Positions 10,840 to 20,000 of a stretch of DNA of 20,000 nucleotides are shown in pieces. Numbering within the stretch: position 1 is the first letter of the stretch; each line of letters opens with the position of its first letter. Source of the DNA: Sarea resinae (taxonomy: Eukaryota); NCBI GenBank assembly GCA_026026165.1, contig JAPEUD010000005.1:606243-626242 (forward strand), read 5' to 3'. Under the pieces are notes generated by a model. The model ran no database searches. It was not told the DNA's origin and worked only from the letters and a program-made list of their open reading frames with translations. Position numbers and translations under genes: made by a program.

Positions 10840-11417
10840 GAAACAGCGGCGAGATACTGAAGGCCCAGCAAGACAAATACGCCTCCTTCCAAAAGCTACT
10901 GTATTGGCCGTTTTGGATGATTTGGTGGAAACCCCTGCTTGAGAGCTCAGGGCGTGAATGGAGAGGTCTGGGGATGCTTGCGATGCTTTTGAAGGAGAAT
11001 GCTCATGACGAGGGTTCCTGAGGGCTCTGGATGAAAGCGTGACAGGCAAATTGATTCATAAGTCAGCGTCACATAATCGATAAGGGGCCGCGGCTCTTTG
11101 GATTCTAGATCCCGCGTCATATGCTGGTGATTGTTGTGGGGAAGAGTCAATTGGAGTTGAAGATGAAGACCAATGACACTTTTTTGTGAGTCGCACGGAG
11201 TATTTCGTACTCGGTACGTCACACGACAGATTCCGAGCCGGGACTTCCCACCAATCTTTCCTCACCCAGATTGGATTACAGATCGAGTTGAATGAATTCA
11301 ATCTTCGGGATCAATACTGTCATCGGCCAACCTTGCTGAATTGCCCGAAGTCCGCCTTCCTCCTGCGCGGCTTATACTCCATTCAGAGTCAAGTCCAGTC
11401 AAGTCGAGATTACGACA

Positions 11418-11998
11418 ATGGCACCTTCACGAGCGAGCATCGTCTTCAATGCGAGCAGTGTCGCCCGAATCACCCGGCAATCAATAAATCGACGCACGCT
11501 CACACAAGCTTCTTCGTTCCGACGAGCAGCCTCCGTTCCTGTCCGAATCCTTTCGCCGTCGACTTGTCGAGAAAGGCATTACTCTACCCCCTCGGATGTT
11601 GTGACTGAAGCCAAAAGCGCTGTTGACGCCGCCTCAAGCTCGCCCTCGCAAGAAGGCCTACCGGAGCCACCGACCTATCTGTCTGAAGGCGAACGGCATG
11701 TCTTCGACAAATTGCAGCAAGAGCTGACCCCTACGGAACTCGAGGTATGATTTCACATCCTGGAAGCCGTCAATCCAGCCTATAGAGTTAGGCGGCTTGC
11801 TTTTTACCCCGATGTTCACCATCCGTCTAGGTCCAAGACATCTCTGGTGGCTGCGGTAGCATGTATGCCATTTCAATTACAGGCGCCCCACAGTTCCGAG
11901 GGCTTTCAACGATCAAGCAACACCGGCTTGTAAATGACGTGCTTGGAGACGAAATCAAGAGTTGGCACGGCGTGCAGTTGCGTACCAAGATTGAGTGA
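11418..11998 (+). CDS. BOL3: BolA-family protein with mitochondrial-presequence-like N-terminus (Bol3/Aim1 type), 164 aa; exons 11418-11744, 11831-11998
   Basis: ACAATGGC start context and an Arg/Ser/Ala-rich N-terminus with almost no acidic residues. Intron 11745-11830 (GTATGA..TAG) gives LEVQDISGGCGSMYAI..FRGLSTIKQHRLVNDVLGDEIKSWHGVQLRT. SGGCG is typical of Bol2/Bol3 and the presequence points to Bol3. Confidence 0.9.
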
Positions 11999-12947
11999 AG
12001 GGTTCTTGAGGTTCGATGTACGTCGAGATCGCGGTACGGTTAGGTATAATGGGATCACATTGATGGGAAAGTGGTATGAATTGGCTTGCAAGGGCGCTAG
12101 GCTGTGCAGGGACGTGGATCTCTTCAGGGGCAATGAGGTCTTAAGCCAACAGTGAAGAGATGGATGGATGGTCGGGCTGCCAGGAATCATCGTTGGGCGT
12201 GATCAAGTCCGAGATCTTCCCCGCCGCGTGGCTTGGAGAGGGAGGGGGCAGAAGGGCGTTTTACAGAATGCCATCCCGCTGCCTACGAGGCGCGAAGGAC
12301 AAGGCAATGGAATAGCGTTTGAAGATAAAACCTTCTCACGCATCGATAACTTTGTACTTCTACTGTCCTGAATCGGGGCCAAAATACTCGTCGGCAATTG
12401 CCTTACTGTCTTGACTAGACTGGGAGATGAGTGATCGATTAGTAGTATCCTTGCAACATGTTATGACTGGGAGGGAAACACGGACCTGAAGAAAAAAGAG
12501 TTGAAGCGGCGTCCCCACCAGAGTAATCGGAATCGAATGATACCCTCCCCCATCCCATCCTTCGAAAAGTACATGGATGAGAGAGAGGTATGCTGCGTAT
12601 TGCACTTAAGTGTCGCACCCTCCAAGGAGAAGCACACACAATCTTCGCAACGGCTCTCCCATAGGGACCTGACCACCTGGGACTTCTTCTTCCCGGAGGA
12701 ATATGCAAGCCAGGAGCCAGCCCTGAAGTTTCTGATGCCAATTGCAGACGTGAATTCACGTCAGACCCTCACGGGCAGTGCCAGCTTGCCAACTGCCTCG
12801 CGGCAGATGGAAGGGGCGTGAAGAGATGAAGAGTACTCCGAATTTCTCATTTGCAAGATGGTGGAGATTGATGCGAGATCAAAATCCTTGACAGCGTGAG
12901 CTATCTATGTGTAGCAAAGAAACGCAGCATTGGTGAGGACGACGCTT

Positions 12948-12972
12948 GAAGAAGAAGAAGAAGAAGAAGAAG
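12948..12972. repeat. (GAA)n trinucleotide microsatellite
   Basis: gaagaagaagaagaagaagaagaag read directly. Confidence 0.9.
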
Positions 12973-13154
12973 CAGAAGAGAGAAAGGGAAGAAGAAGCGA
13001 AGAAGATGGGCATGAGTAAGAGGTGTCTCGCTAAAGGTTCCTATGCGAGTGAATGCTGCATGAACAGGATGGAATCGGGAAGTCGTGGGGTCTCGACGTC
13101 GTTACAGCCGCAGGCAGGGACCAGGCTGTGACTGGCCAGGAACCCGCCGACCGT

Positions 13155-13155
<1 letters not shown>

Positions 13156-13198
<43 letters not shown>
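13156..13198. repeat. Poly-C homopolymer (C43)
   Basis: Read directly. Confidence 0.9.
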
Positions 13199-13201
<3 letters not shown>

Positions 13202-14232
13202 CCCCTCTCCCCCTCTCCCCCTCTCCCTCCCCATCACCACCACCACCCCCACCCTGCTTCGCACTACCAGGTCCAGAGTAGAGTGCTATCCCTGGCCCTG
13301 GCCCGGCTTGCATGCCAAATCACGATGAAACCGTCTACATAGTAGATCAAATCAAACATCCTCTGTCCCCGTAGCACGAACTTCCTCCTCCTGCGCCGTA
13401 AGAGAGCTCTTGGCCACTAAGATAGCTCCAAGGCCTGGCCCTCAGGCTGCAGAAAACCCCATGCATCGCATGCACCGATCAAGGCGCAACGCATGCATCA
13501 TTCGGCATCTGATTGAAGATCCCAAAGCGCGGGAAGCCTTGGAGAGTAAAACAAGGAGGGTCTCACAGCTCCAGCTCAGACACCTGACTTGAAGCACCAG
13601 CAGCATGTGTTTCTGCTCCCCTGATCAGACCTTCCCACGGCTGCCGTCTCTGATCTACTGCGTACATGCCCTCCTTTGAACCTACTGCCCATTTTCATTT
13701 GCTTGTCCCTGAGACCTGTCTGTCCGCCCTCTGCAACCTCGTCCTCTCGATGGCTCGAGCAGGGTTGAGATTCGAAGGCTTCTCCCTGCCGAAAAGCGTG
13801 GACGTCTACCGTCCACTAGAATCTCTGCTTCTTTACTTTCTCTATCGATCAGAAGCTATGAGATTATTTTTCTACACTTTTCCATGATATCGATTCGTCC
13901 AGTATGATCCTATAGCCAGACTGCTACTCGTCCAAGTGTTTCGCGACAGCACGGACCCTAGAAAGCTCGGCCTTTCGTTGGCTACCGATGGGTCCAGCGC
14001 ATCAAGCCCTACCGACGGCACATCATAACGCTTGCTTGAATGAACTACAGACATATTGGTGGTGGTTTTTGAAAATGATATAAGTTGCCTTGTTTGCTCG
14101 TATATTTTCCCATTACATGACGTCCGTCTGCGAATGCAGTTCAGGCCCTGACTAGAAGCTCGACCAATTCTCTATTTGAAAGGCCAGAGGAACATATGAG
14201 GTGGACGATTTGATCCGTCCCCTTTACACAAG

Positions 14233-15395
14233 ATGCAATTGCCCTTGCTCAACTCTCCTTCTATATGTGTCTCGCGCCCTGTCACTCTGCGCCAACGCAT
14301 ACACTCTTTTTTTACCAGGAGAACCGTCTCTCCGGCATATGCCCCGAGCACGTATGCCACCAAAACACCGGGCCTAGACGAGGATGAGGATCCCGAGATG
14401 CTATCTAGCTCCCAGCAGCAGCAGCAGCAGCAGCGATCGCCATTGTATCCTTCCCCTTCGCATTTTGCGGGCGCAACATTCTCCGACGCAGAACGGCCGT
14501 CAGTCAACGTTGATAGCCCTTCTGGCGTGGACGGGAACAACAGATCACATGGTGTACCACATCTTGCCGCAACGGACCCCAATATCAATCCAAGGGAGGG
14601 TTCCGATTCGGGGGCAACCCTCGAAAGAAGTCTACCTTCCAGTTCCGGCAGGAGAACTAGCCGATGTTGTTTCCCATGGATCAAGTCTCCCGACACCTGG
14701 CGCATGGCAATCTGGAGCCTAGCCTCTGGGGCGGTCTTGGCTGTACTCTTAACCACTTGTAAGTTTCCCCAAAGTTCCTTCGCCGGATGCTGAATTAACA
14801 ACCCGGAAGATCTCGTCCTCATCTTCAGTGATCGCGTAAGCGGACAGGAAATCAACGTCCTCTTCATAATTCTCATCGTCATCATCGCCGTCGTCTTCTG
14901 CTATTCTCTTGCCAGGCTCTGTGTTCTGGGTTTGGGACCTGCTGGCGATCGAATATTTCCGACAGCACCGGCTACAATTGGATGTGATGGTTTCGCACAA
15001 CCAGCACAGCCTATCAGAGTTCTATTGGCTAGGGACGAGGAATGCCAAAGGACCATGGATGACTCCTTGATTCCTCGACCTCCGCCACCAGCATACGGGT
15101 TGTGGAGATATAGCGTGGTAAGATTTCAAAGTCGTTTTAGAGCACGTACGCAGTAACTCACGTATCCTTTCAGAAAGTTGATCCGGACCTCCTGCACTGG
15201 CAGCGAGCCAATATAATGCCCGTCCAAGATATGAGGCAAACCGGGCAACCTCCACAAGCAATGGGCCACCCGCCGACGTACGAATGCAACGATCGGGTGG
15301 AATATCCCATGGCACCCAGTTCGATGGCTCCAGCAAGTACTCAGGGTCAACTGTCTTCGGCGAGGCGAAGGATCGAGGCAGCGTCGATGTTTTGA
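14233..15395 (+). CDS. Uncharacterised two-transmembrane protein with PPxY motifs, about 351 aa; exons 14233-14758, 14810-15117, 15174-15395
   Basis: Introns 14759-14809 (GTAAGT..TTAAC..AAG) and 15118-15173 (GTAAGA..CAG) join the frames. The product has a disordered N-terminus with a polyQ run, two hydrophobic segments (AIWSLASGAVLAVLLTTYLVLIF; INVLFIILIVIIAVVFCYSLARLCVL), then FAQPAQPIRVLLARDEE, PPPPAYGLWRYSVKVDPDLLHWQR and HPPTY. The start codon is uncertain. Confidence 0.8.
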
Positions 15396-15994
15396 GTCGT
15401 ATCTCACAGATCTAGAACGCGTACTATGCGTAGACGAGGAGGCAGAACAGGGGCGGACGGGTACCCGACGATCATTAGCAGGGGGGCTCTTTCCCCATCT
15501 CCGTGCAACAGCCCATTGAGCTCGCGAGAGAGACAGCCCTCGGCCGGTCGCTGCGACCACTGTAAATATACGGGCTTGGCCAGCCAGCCCAGAAATTAAT
15601 GGATCAACCATCACCGCTGGCGCGAAGTTCTGGCTCGTACTTTCCCCTACACCGAATAGGCAGCTGTAGATCCCCTCCCTCTGTCAGCCGTAATGACTCT
15701 CCATTTGATAGATAAGGTACTGTGCTCTGCTCTCCCTCTCCGAGACAGATCGCATGGCGCCACAGGCTGTGTTGGCCGACCGGTGTTTGGAGCTCTTCGG
15801 GCTCTCACACGCGCGCCTTTGGTTAAAGCATGAACCACGATCGGTCTCTGGTCTCTGCTTCGTACCTTGCCATGATTCTGACCTCGTTTCTCTACCGATC
15901 GAATAATTGTGGATTTTCCCCTTCTTTGTGGTGGTACCTGCGATTGCAACTGGACGGCTGACGACTGCCGCCGCCTTGACATTCTCTTCTCGGC

Positions 15995-17689
15995 ATGGCC
16001 AAGCGGCGGAAGGCGACGTCTCCCCCAAGCGTCATGACGACCGCGCAACTCCAGCGTCGCCAAAGTGCTCAGCTATCCCCGTCCCTTTCTTCTCCCCACT
16101 CGCTTCATCCAACGCCCAAGGAAATCAACGCCGCCTTTTACCTCGAAAACGCCCAGCTGGGCAGGCCTCAGCGCCGAGGATCGAAGATGTCGACCGCCGT
16201 GGGAATTGCGGGCGCGGTGATCCACACTGCAATACCGGCATTGCTGTCAACGGGGGTCATGGTCGCGTTGATCTTTGGTGGATGCTGCTCAAATGTTAGT
16301 CCGGACATTGGACGCCTTTAATTCAGCTTCCGCTATCACCAACAAATCACGCGTGCTAATTGGAACTCGTCACAGGTCTTTGCATTGGAAGCTATCGTGA
16401 AGTGAGTTCCCGGAGCGCCATCCTGCTTCCTCGCTTCATTCGACTGATCATATGCATTAGAGAAGATCCAGGCAGCGGTATGTTGGCGCAAGTCGCCTTC
16501 ACTCGAGGAGAGAAGCTGCTAATTCTTCAACCAGGTCTCCTGATTACACTCGTTCAATTCGTGTTTACGGCCTTCTTCAGCTATCCGCAGCAGTTTTCGT
16601 CCTCGGGCAAACCACCCTTCTTCTTGAAACCCAATGCCGTCCCTCTTAGTCGATGGATGGTCAGCATATTGCTGTTTTTCGCTATCAGCGTTCTTAACAA
16701 CTTTGCATTTGGATACAACATCTCCGTGCCCGTGCACATCATCCTGCGAAGCGGCGGCAGCGTGACTACAATGGCTTTGGGATGGTTTTGGGGCAAGCGA
16801 TACACGCGGGTGCAGGTCTTCTCCGTGGCGCTTTTGACCGTTGGCATCATCATCGCCGCCATGTCAGATGCCCAAGCAAAGGTGAGACATGATGCTTCGC
16901 ACGCTTTAATGCACCAACAAAGCTAAAAGAGATGTACAGGGCAGAAAGTCAAGTGCAAGCTCAGAGCCGACCGTCAACTTCGTCAAAGGCCTTGTACTTC
17001 TCTTCATTGCTCAAGTCCTCGCCGCATTCATGGGCTTGTTCATTGAATCCACCTACAGCATCTATGGCCGGCACTGGCGCGAGAACCTCTTCTACAGCCA
17101 TTTTCTCTCGATCCCGCTCTTCCTCGTCTTTCTGCCGGCGCTCAAGACGCAGTATCATCGCCTCGCAGACTCCCCTCCTCTCGCTACAGCCATATCCACG
17201 AGATTTCCCGACCTAACCAAAGAACTCTCTCCTGCGACATGGACGCTGCTCCCTCCCATCCCAACCAAGATTATGATCCTCATACTCAACGCTCTAACGC
17301 AGTACGCCTGCATTCGAGGTGTAAATCTGTTAGCCGCCCGCTCCACTGCTCTGACAGTCACCATCGTTCTCAACATCCGCAAACTCGTGTCGCTCTTCCT
17401 TTCAATCATTTTATTCAGCAACAAACTGGCACCTGGCGTCATTCTGGGAGCAGTCGTAGTCTTTGGGAGCGGGGGCATCTATGCATGGGAATCCCAGCGC
17501 CAACGCTACCGGCATCAACGGCAGATATCTGGAGTGCGGAGAAGAGACCTGAATATGGCCGTGTTTGGAAATCGGAACGGCAGTGCAAATGGCGCTCTTG
17601 ATAAGGAGAGGGAATTGGAAAGAGACAGGGGTAGAATCTGGGACCGTGACCAAGACATTGAGGGAGAGCAGAAGCGGGGGAAAAGGTAA
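15995..17689 (+). CDS. YEA4: UAA-family (SLC35B4-like) nucleotide-sugar transporter, probably UDP-GlcNAc, about 479 aa; exons 15995-16294, 16376-16401, 16461-16477, 16535-16881, 16940-17689
   Basis: Spliced LIFGGCCSNVFALEAIVKEDPGSGLLITLVQF, LNNFAFGYNISVPVHIILRSGG, HWRENLFYSHFLSIPLF and NALTQYACIRGVNLL..ALTVTIVLNIRKLVSL are characteristic of Yea4/SLC35B4. It has four GT-AG introns. An alternative start is the AUG at 16188. Confidence 0.92.
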
Positions 17690-18258
17690 TGAGAGTTTTG
17701 TCCCCGCATCTGCATTTGTATCAATAGGCGTATACGCCCTCCTTTTTTGTAGCGTTTCTCAGCTCTGTTCTCAAGAGTCCAAAAGCATCCACACCGTTGT
17801 ATATAGATGCAGTCGAAAACGTAGTCCGCCTGGTAGCGCTATAGAATCTGTCTTTTACTTGTCGTGCTTCTTCGCAGAAGGTTTCAGACTCTCAAGGCGT
17901 GGAAGGAGGGGGCTTCGCGCTTCCTTTGTATGTCCTGTACCCCTGCAGTCACAGCCTCTACTCTCTCCTTGTCCAGTCCCCTGATCAGTACCAATTCAAT
18001 CTCAGCCTCCTCTGACTTCTTCCTCCTGGTTTTCTTCTCCCCGACAAAGGGTTAGGTTTCCATGTTCCTTGTCTGAGGAAAGACTGTTGTTATGATGGTA
18101 CCATTACTATTACCATTACCATTATTGTTCCTGTTCCTGTTTCTGTTACTATTACGTTGCTGCTTCGCCCTTTCCCCCCTCTTTCCCTCCCCCTTCCTTC
18201 CTCCCCCTTCCCCTCTTCCCTTCTTCCCGACTCTCCTTTCCTTCCTCCCCCAAATGAT

Positions 18259-18267
18259 CCCCCCCCG

Positions 18268-18322
<55 letters not shown>
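18259..18322. repeat. Poly-C tract (C8-G-C55) ending a pyrimidine-rich stretch that starts near 18165
   Basis: Read directly. Confidence 0.9.
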
Positions 18323-18324
<2 letters not shown>

Positions 18325-18363
18325 CCCTTTGATTGACTAACCAACAGTATTCTCGCACGCGGT

Positions 18364-18470
18364 GGGCTCAGAAGGGCTCAGCAGGGCTCAGAACCGCGCA
18401 GACGTGCTGGATAGGTAGGTAGGTAGGTAGGTTAGCAAGATGAAAGATGAAAGATGGAAGATGGAAGACG
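18364..18470. repeat. Short tandem repeats: (GGGCTCAGMA)3, (GGTA)n and (AAGATGR)n
   Basis: gggctcagaagggctcagcagggctcagaa; ggtaggtaggtaggtagg; aagatgaaagatgaaagatggaagatggaag. Confidence 0.8.
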
Positions 18471-19144
18471 CGTTAATTAGTCCGGGTCAGCCCAGTTGTA
18501 GCCGTTCCTGCTGGCTGGCTGGCTGGCTCGCTGAGGGGGGTTGGCTGCGAGGGGCGGAGATAAGGATAGAGGAGAGAAGAGGAGAGCAGAGTAGACGGAA
18601 GAAGAGGTAGGAGGAGTAGGAGAAGAAACGAGAAGAAACAAGGGATAGGAGAGATAGGAGAGGGGAAGGGAAGGGAAGAGAGAGGAAGAGAGGAAGAGAG
18701 AATGCGCCACAAGGCATACAATCTCGTCTGTGACTCTATACAATCAATCTCACCCCTGTCATCACCCCTTTCCTTCTCCCACCCGCTCCCGGACCCTGAT
18801 CTAGCCTGTCGCTGGTATTGTCTTATTCGGTTCCTGAGGCCGACCAGACCAGACCAGACCAGACCAGACCGGACTCACTCGCCTGGGGGTAGGGCATCCT
18901 TGGTTACTAGGGTAAGGTGGGTACGCTTTCAGCATCCACTCACCCTACAAACTGCGCTCCTTTGCCCCCTCAAAACGAAAGGCTCAGGACAAAACAAAGT
19001 TCAAAACCATAGCAGAACAGAACAAATCAAATCAAATCAACACAAACGACCGAACCAGTCGAGAAAACCCCCCGCCTCCCCCCCCAAAAAAAGAAAGAAA
19101 GAAAGAAAAGACAACCAAAAGAAGAAAAAAAAAAAAGGGACGTC

Positions 19145-19492
19145 TCACCCCTGAAACCCCATTCCCAGCAGCCCGCTCTCACCACCTCCACTAGTAGTAG
19201 TAAAGGTGTTGTTCTTCTTCAACCGCTCATCTTCCTCCTTGACGCGTCTTTTTAGGTCCGCTTTGGCTGCTTTGCGTTGATCTTTCTCGTTCTGCTTTTC
19301 GCGCTCTTTCTCTTTCCCCACGTCTTTTTCCCCGGCGCTGCTAGAGCCCGGGGCCGTGGCTGCCGCAGGCCGGGCGGACGTGAAGAGCGATTTCAGCTTT
19401 TGCGATTTCGTGGTCGTGGTCTTAGTCTTGGATGCTGGGGTTTGTGGTGTTGACGCTATTGACGCCGTTGATGACGTTGAAGGGATTTCCAT
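19145..19492 (-). CDS. Possible small orphan protein (115 aa from the AUG at 19492; up to 153 aa from 19606), Ser/Thr-rich then charged helical
   Basis: AUG in good context (ATA-ATG-G). The sequence is non-repetitive and protein-like between microsatellite-rich flanks (KLKSLF, EKEKEREKQNEKDQRKAAKADLKRRVKEEDERLKK). I recognise no family. Confidence 0.45.
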   Translation of the reverse strand: MEIPSTSSTASIASTPQTPASKTKTTTTKSQKLKSLFTSARPAAATAPGSSSAGEKDVGKEKEREKQNEKDQRKAAKADLKRRVKEEDERLKKNNTFTTTSGGGESGLLGMGFQG

Positions 19493-19766
19493 TATTACGT
19501 TTTCGTTTTGAAGACCAGGTTCTGGATCTGCTGGATCTGTTGGATCTGCTGGATGCATAAGTAGATGAATAGATGGATGGACAAGTAGATGGATGGGTGG
19601 AAGCATGCGGGAAGGAGTCTGCTATTTATTTCCCTGCTGGCTTACACTACCGCCTGAATACCTGCCGAACTACCTGCTTATCTACCCACTTACCCACTTG
19701 CCTACTTGCCGCGTGTATGAGGGGGAGAAGCAAGAGGGGAGAAGGAAGAGGGACGTAGGGAGATGC

Positions 19767-19819
19767 TGACGACGACAGCCACAACAACGACGACGACGAC
19801 GACGATGATGATGATGATG
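19767..19819. repeat. Compound (GAC)n/(CAA)n/(GAT)n trinucleotide microsatellite
   Basis: gacgacgacagccacaacaacgacgacgacgacgacgatgatgatgatgatg. Confidence 0.85.
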
Positions 19820-20000
19820 CGCTTTGTAGATATCATTTTACCTCAAGCTGCATATCTGCATCTGCATCACCACCACAATTCCCCTCGTTCCCTCGTCACC
19901 TATCCCCTCTACAGTCCCAGCGCAAGCATCCCCGCAGACTCGCGCGGTCGGTGAAAAAACAAAGAAAAAAAAGATAGGACCTCTAGAAACCCCCCTACCC

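Noticed and set aside
13031..13342. Poly-Pro and poly-Gly ORFs
   Set aside because: They are translations of the poly-C tract in several frames; the same applies at 18052-18358.
14172..14885. 237-aa minus-strand ORF
   Set aside because: It is antisense to the better-supported spliced two-TM gene and runs across its intron.
16128..16146. GCCTTTTAC, identical to the U5 snRNA loop I
   Set aside because: It lies within the YEA4 reading frame with no flanking U5 stem or Sm site.
17884..18052. Protein-like minus-strand frame (EKKTRRKKSEEAEIELVLIRGLDKERVEAV..) after a CTAAC
   Set aside because: It has no start codon and no supportable upstream exon or good YAG acceptor, so it is too weak to call.
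18049..18057. GGGTTAGG telomere-like motif
   Set aside because: It is a single copy with no tandem TTAGGG array.
1..20000. CRISPR arrays, transposons, tRNA or rRNA genes, or a secondary-metabolite cluster
   Set aside because: I saw no spaced repeats, terminal repeats, transposase or reverse-transcriptase motifs, cloverleafs or biosynthetic backbone genes. The identifiable genes are conserved eukaryotic housekeeping genes.

Overview
Fungal (filamentous ascomycete-like) genomic DNA with short GT-AG spliceosomal introns. I built exon models by hand for eight protein genes: 5'-truncated MTD1 (+), RPF2 (-), Trx-Grx monothiol glutaredoxin GRX4/GrxD (+), PP2A B55 subunit CDC55 (+), SUA5 (-), mitochondrial BolA BOL3 (+), an uncharacterised two-TM PPxY protein (+) and a YEA4-like nucleotide-sugar transporter (+). 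A small orphan ORF (-) near the right end is possible. Intergenic DNA is rich in microsatellites and has two long poly-C tracts. I saw no tRNA, rRNA, transposon or CRISPR. The most interesting signal is the SUA5 5' end. An in-frame ACG in an optimal start context would add a 30-aa mitochondrial-presequence-like extension ahead of a weak and then a strong AUG, with two overlapping uORFs further upstream. This suggests non-AUG dual targeting and possibly t6A feedback control, both of which are inference.
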